Assembly (NCBI GenBank): GCA_027451365.1
Contig: DAIDJN010000080.1
Coordinates: forward strand, 1-61,906
Source of the DNA: Phycisphaerales bacterium
GTDB taxonomy: Bacteria > Planctomycetota > Phycisphaerae > WQYP01
Direction of reading: 5' to 3'
DNA: 61,906 bases
The notes under the pieces are model-generated. The model made no database searches. It saw only the letters and a program-made list of their open reading frames with translations, and was not told where the DNA came from. Shown one piece after another: positions 60,938 to 61,906 of the stretch; the stretch's first letter is position 1, and each line of letters begins with the position of its first letter. The translations under genes and the position numbers were made by a program.

Positions 60938-61458
60938 GCAGGGATGCAGGCCCCGCGGCGAACCGGCGAAAGCGACAGCCAGCGGGAAAATTGCCGCACG
61001 CGGCGCGGTCGGCACCGCGCGGCAAAACGTTACATTATGAACAGTCCGCCGGGTTTATTCTGTTCCGGCAGACACCCGCGGGAAGGGTATATTTGCTGCT
61101 GGACTACGGCAAACACTGGGATTACCCCAAAGGACACCTGGAAAAAAATGAAACCCAATGGCAGGCGGCGGTACGCGAATTGGCCGAAGAAACGGGCATT
61201 ACAGATGTGCAGCGCGTGGCCGATTTCTGCCGGCGGATGGAATACCGCTTTGTGTCTTCGCGCAAAGGTACCGTTCACAAACGGGTGACTTATTTTATCG
61301 GCCGCACACAGGCTAAGGATGTGACAGTTTCCGAAGAACATGTTGGATTCGCATGGCTGGAATTTGACCAGGCCATCGCCCGCCTGACATTCGATTCGGC
61401 CCGTGAAATTTTAAGACATGCCCACCAGCGGCTGGAAGAAATGACTAGCGGGAAATAA
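60934..61458 (+). CDS. NUDIX hydrolase (Ap4A hydrolase-like)
   Basis: SAG, HWDYPKGH, Nudix box AVRELAEETG, SEEH..FAW. Confidence 0.9.
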   Translation: MSRDAGPAANRRKRQPAGKLPHAARSAPRGKTLHYEQSAGFILFRQTPAGRVYLLLDYGKHWDYPKGHLEKNETQWQAAVRELAEETGITDVQRVADFCRRMEYRFVSSRKGTVHKRVTYFIGRTQAKDVTVSEEHVGFAWLEFDQAIARLTFDSAREILRHAHQRLEEMTSGK

Positions 61459-61906
61459 CGTGAAATCGACTGCGGTTCGCCAGAACGGCCGCAACTGGGC
61501 ATCCTGCCCATCGTAAATCGTTTGAAATGCGGGCAGCTTAACCGCTATTCAGGGATACCAAGTTACCGTGTTGCGGACCGCTTCACGAAAATAAACCAAT
61601 GGAAAATACGGAAGGCGGCCATTGTGTACGACTCTGCCGCCGACGAGACGGCTTGCAGCTCTCTTTCCTCATAAGAAATACACGCGGCATGCCCCTCGCG
61701 GACGATCAAGCCGTCGACAGGCCCCCGTGTCGCAAATTGCCAACGACGCGGCACGGCAACGCAATCGCTTCGTGCGTAATGCGAGAATTGGCCCCAAAAC
61801 TGCATTTAACCGGGATGGTTATTTGACGGCAGATATGCAATCAGGCGTCGAATTTGCTGTTCATCGCAATCGTTGAATCTGCAAGTCGCATCCCGCGATA
61901 ACTGGC

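Noticed and set aside
61563..61876. Short ORFs at the right edge
   Set aside because: No recognisable motifs or RBS; probably intergenic

Overview
GC-rich bacterial chromosomal window, most likely a planctomycete (Phycisphaerae-like). This is inferred from a DUF1559/H-X9-DG pilin-like protein, a PEP-CTERM protein, a short PheT and RNase Y. From left to right it carries: an ORF-poor, hairpin-rich stretch behind a leftward sigma70-type promoter; addB-addA; tRNA-Gly(GCC); the tail of the spc/alpha ribosomal cluster (secY-adk-map-infA-rpmJ-rpsM-rpsK-rpoA-rplQ, with no rplO upstream and no rpsD); initiator tRNA-Met; and a ~19 kb carbohydrate-utilisation locus (GH92, GxGYxYP, DUF4965 'glutaminase-like', GH127-like, PA14/LamG PEP-CTERM, DUF1559 pilin-like, GntR-LacI regulator, SSS and MFS transporters). 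These are followed by mutL, ppx/CHAD, HD-GYP, a CPA2-USP antiporter, pheT, a PpiD-like protein, pdxA, ribE, yhaM, rny behind a ~700-nt highly structured non-coding region, a REP-like tandem array, DUF58-MoxR, ptsN, thyA-folA, DinB and a NUDIX hydrolase. The best novelty candidates are (i) the SusCD-free, pilin/PEP-CTERM-headed glycan locus with two uncharacterised putative glycosidases and (ii) two long structured untranslated RNAs, one upstream of rny-yhaM and one at the left edge. All calls come from reading motifs by eye; no searches or folding programs were run.
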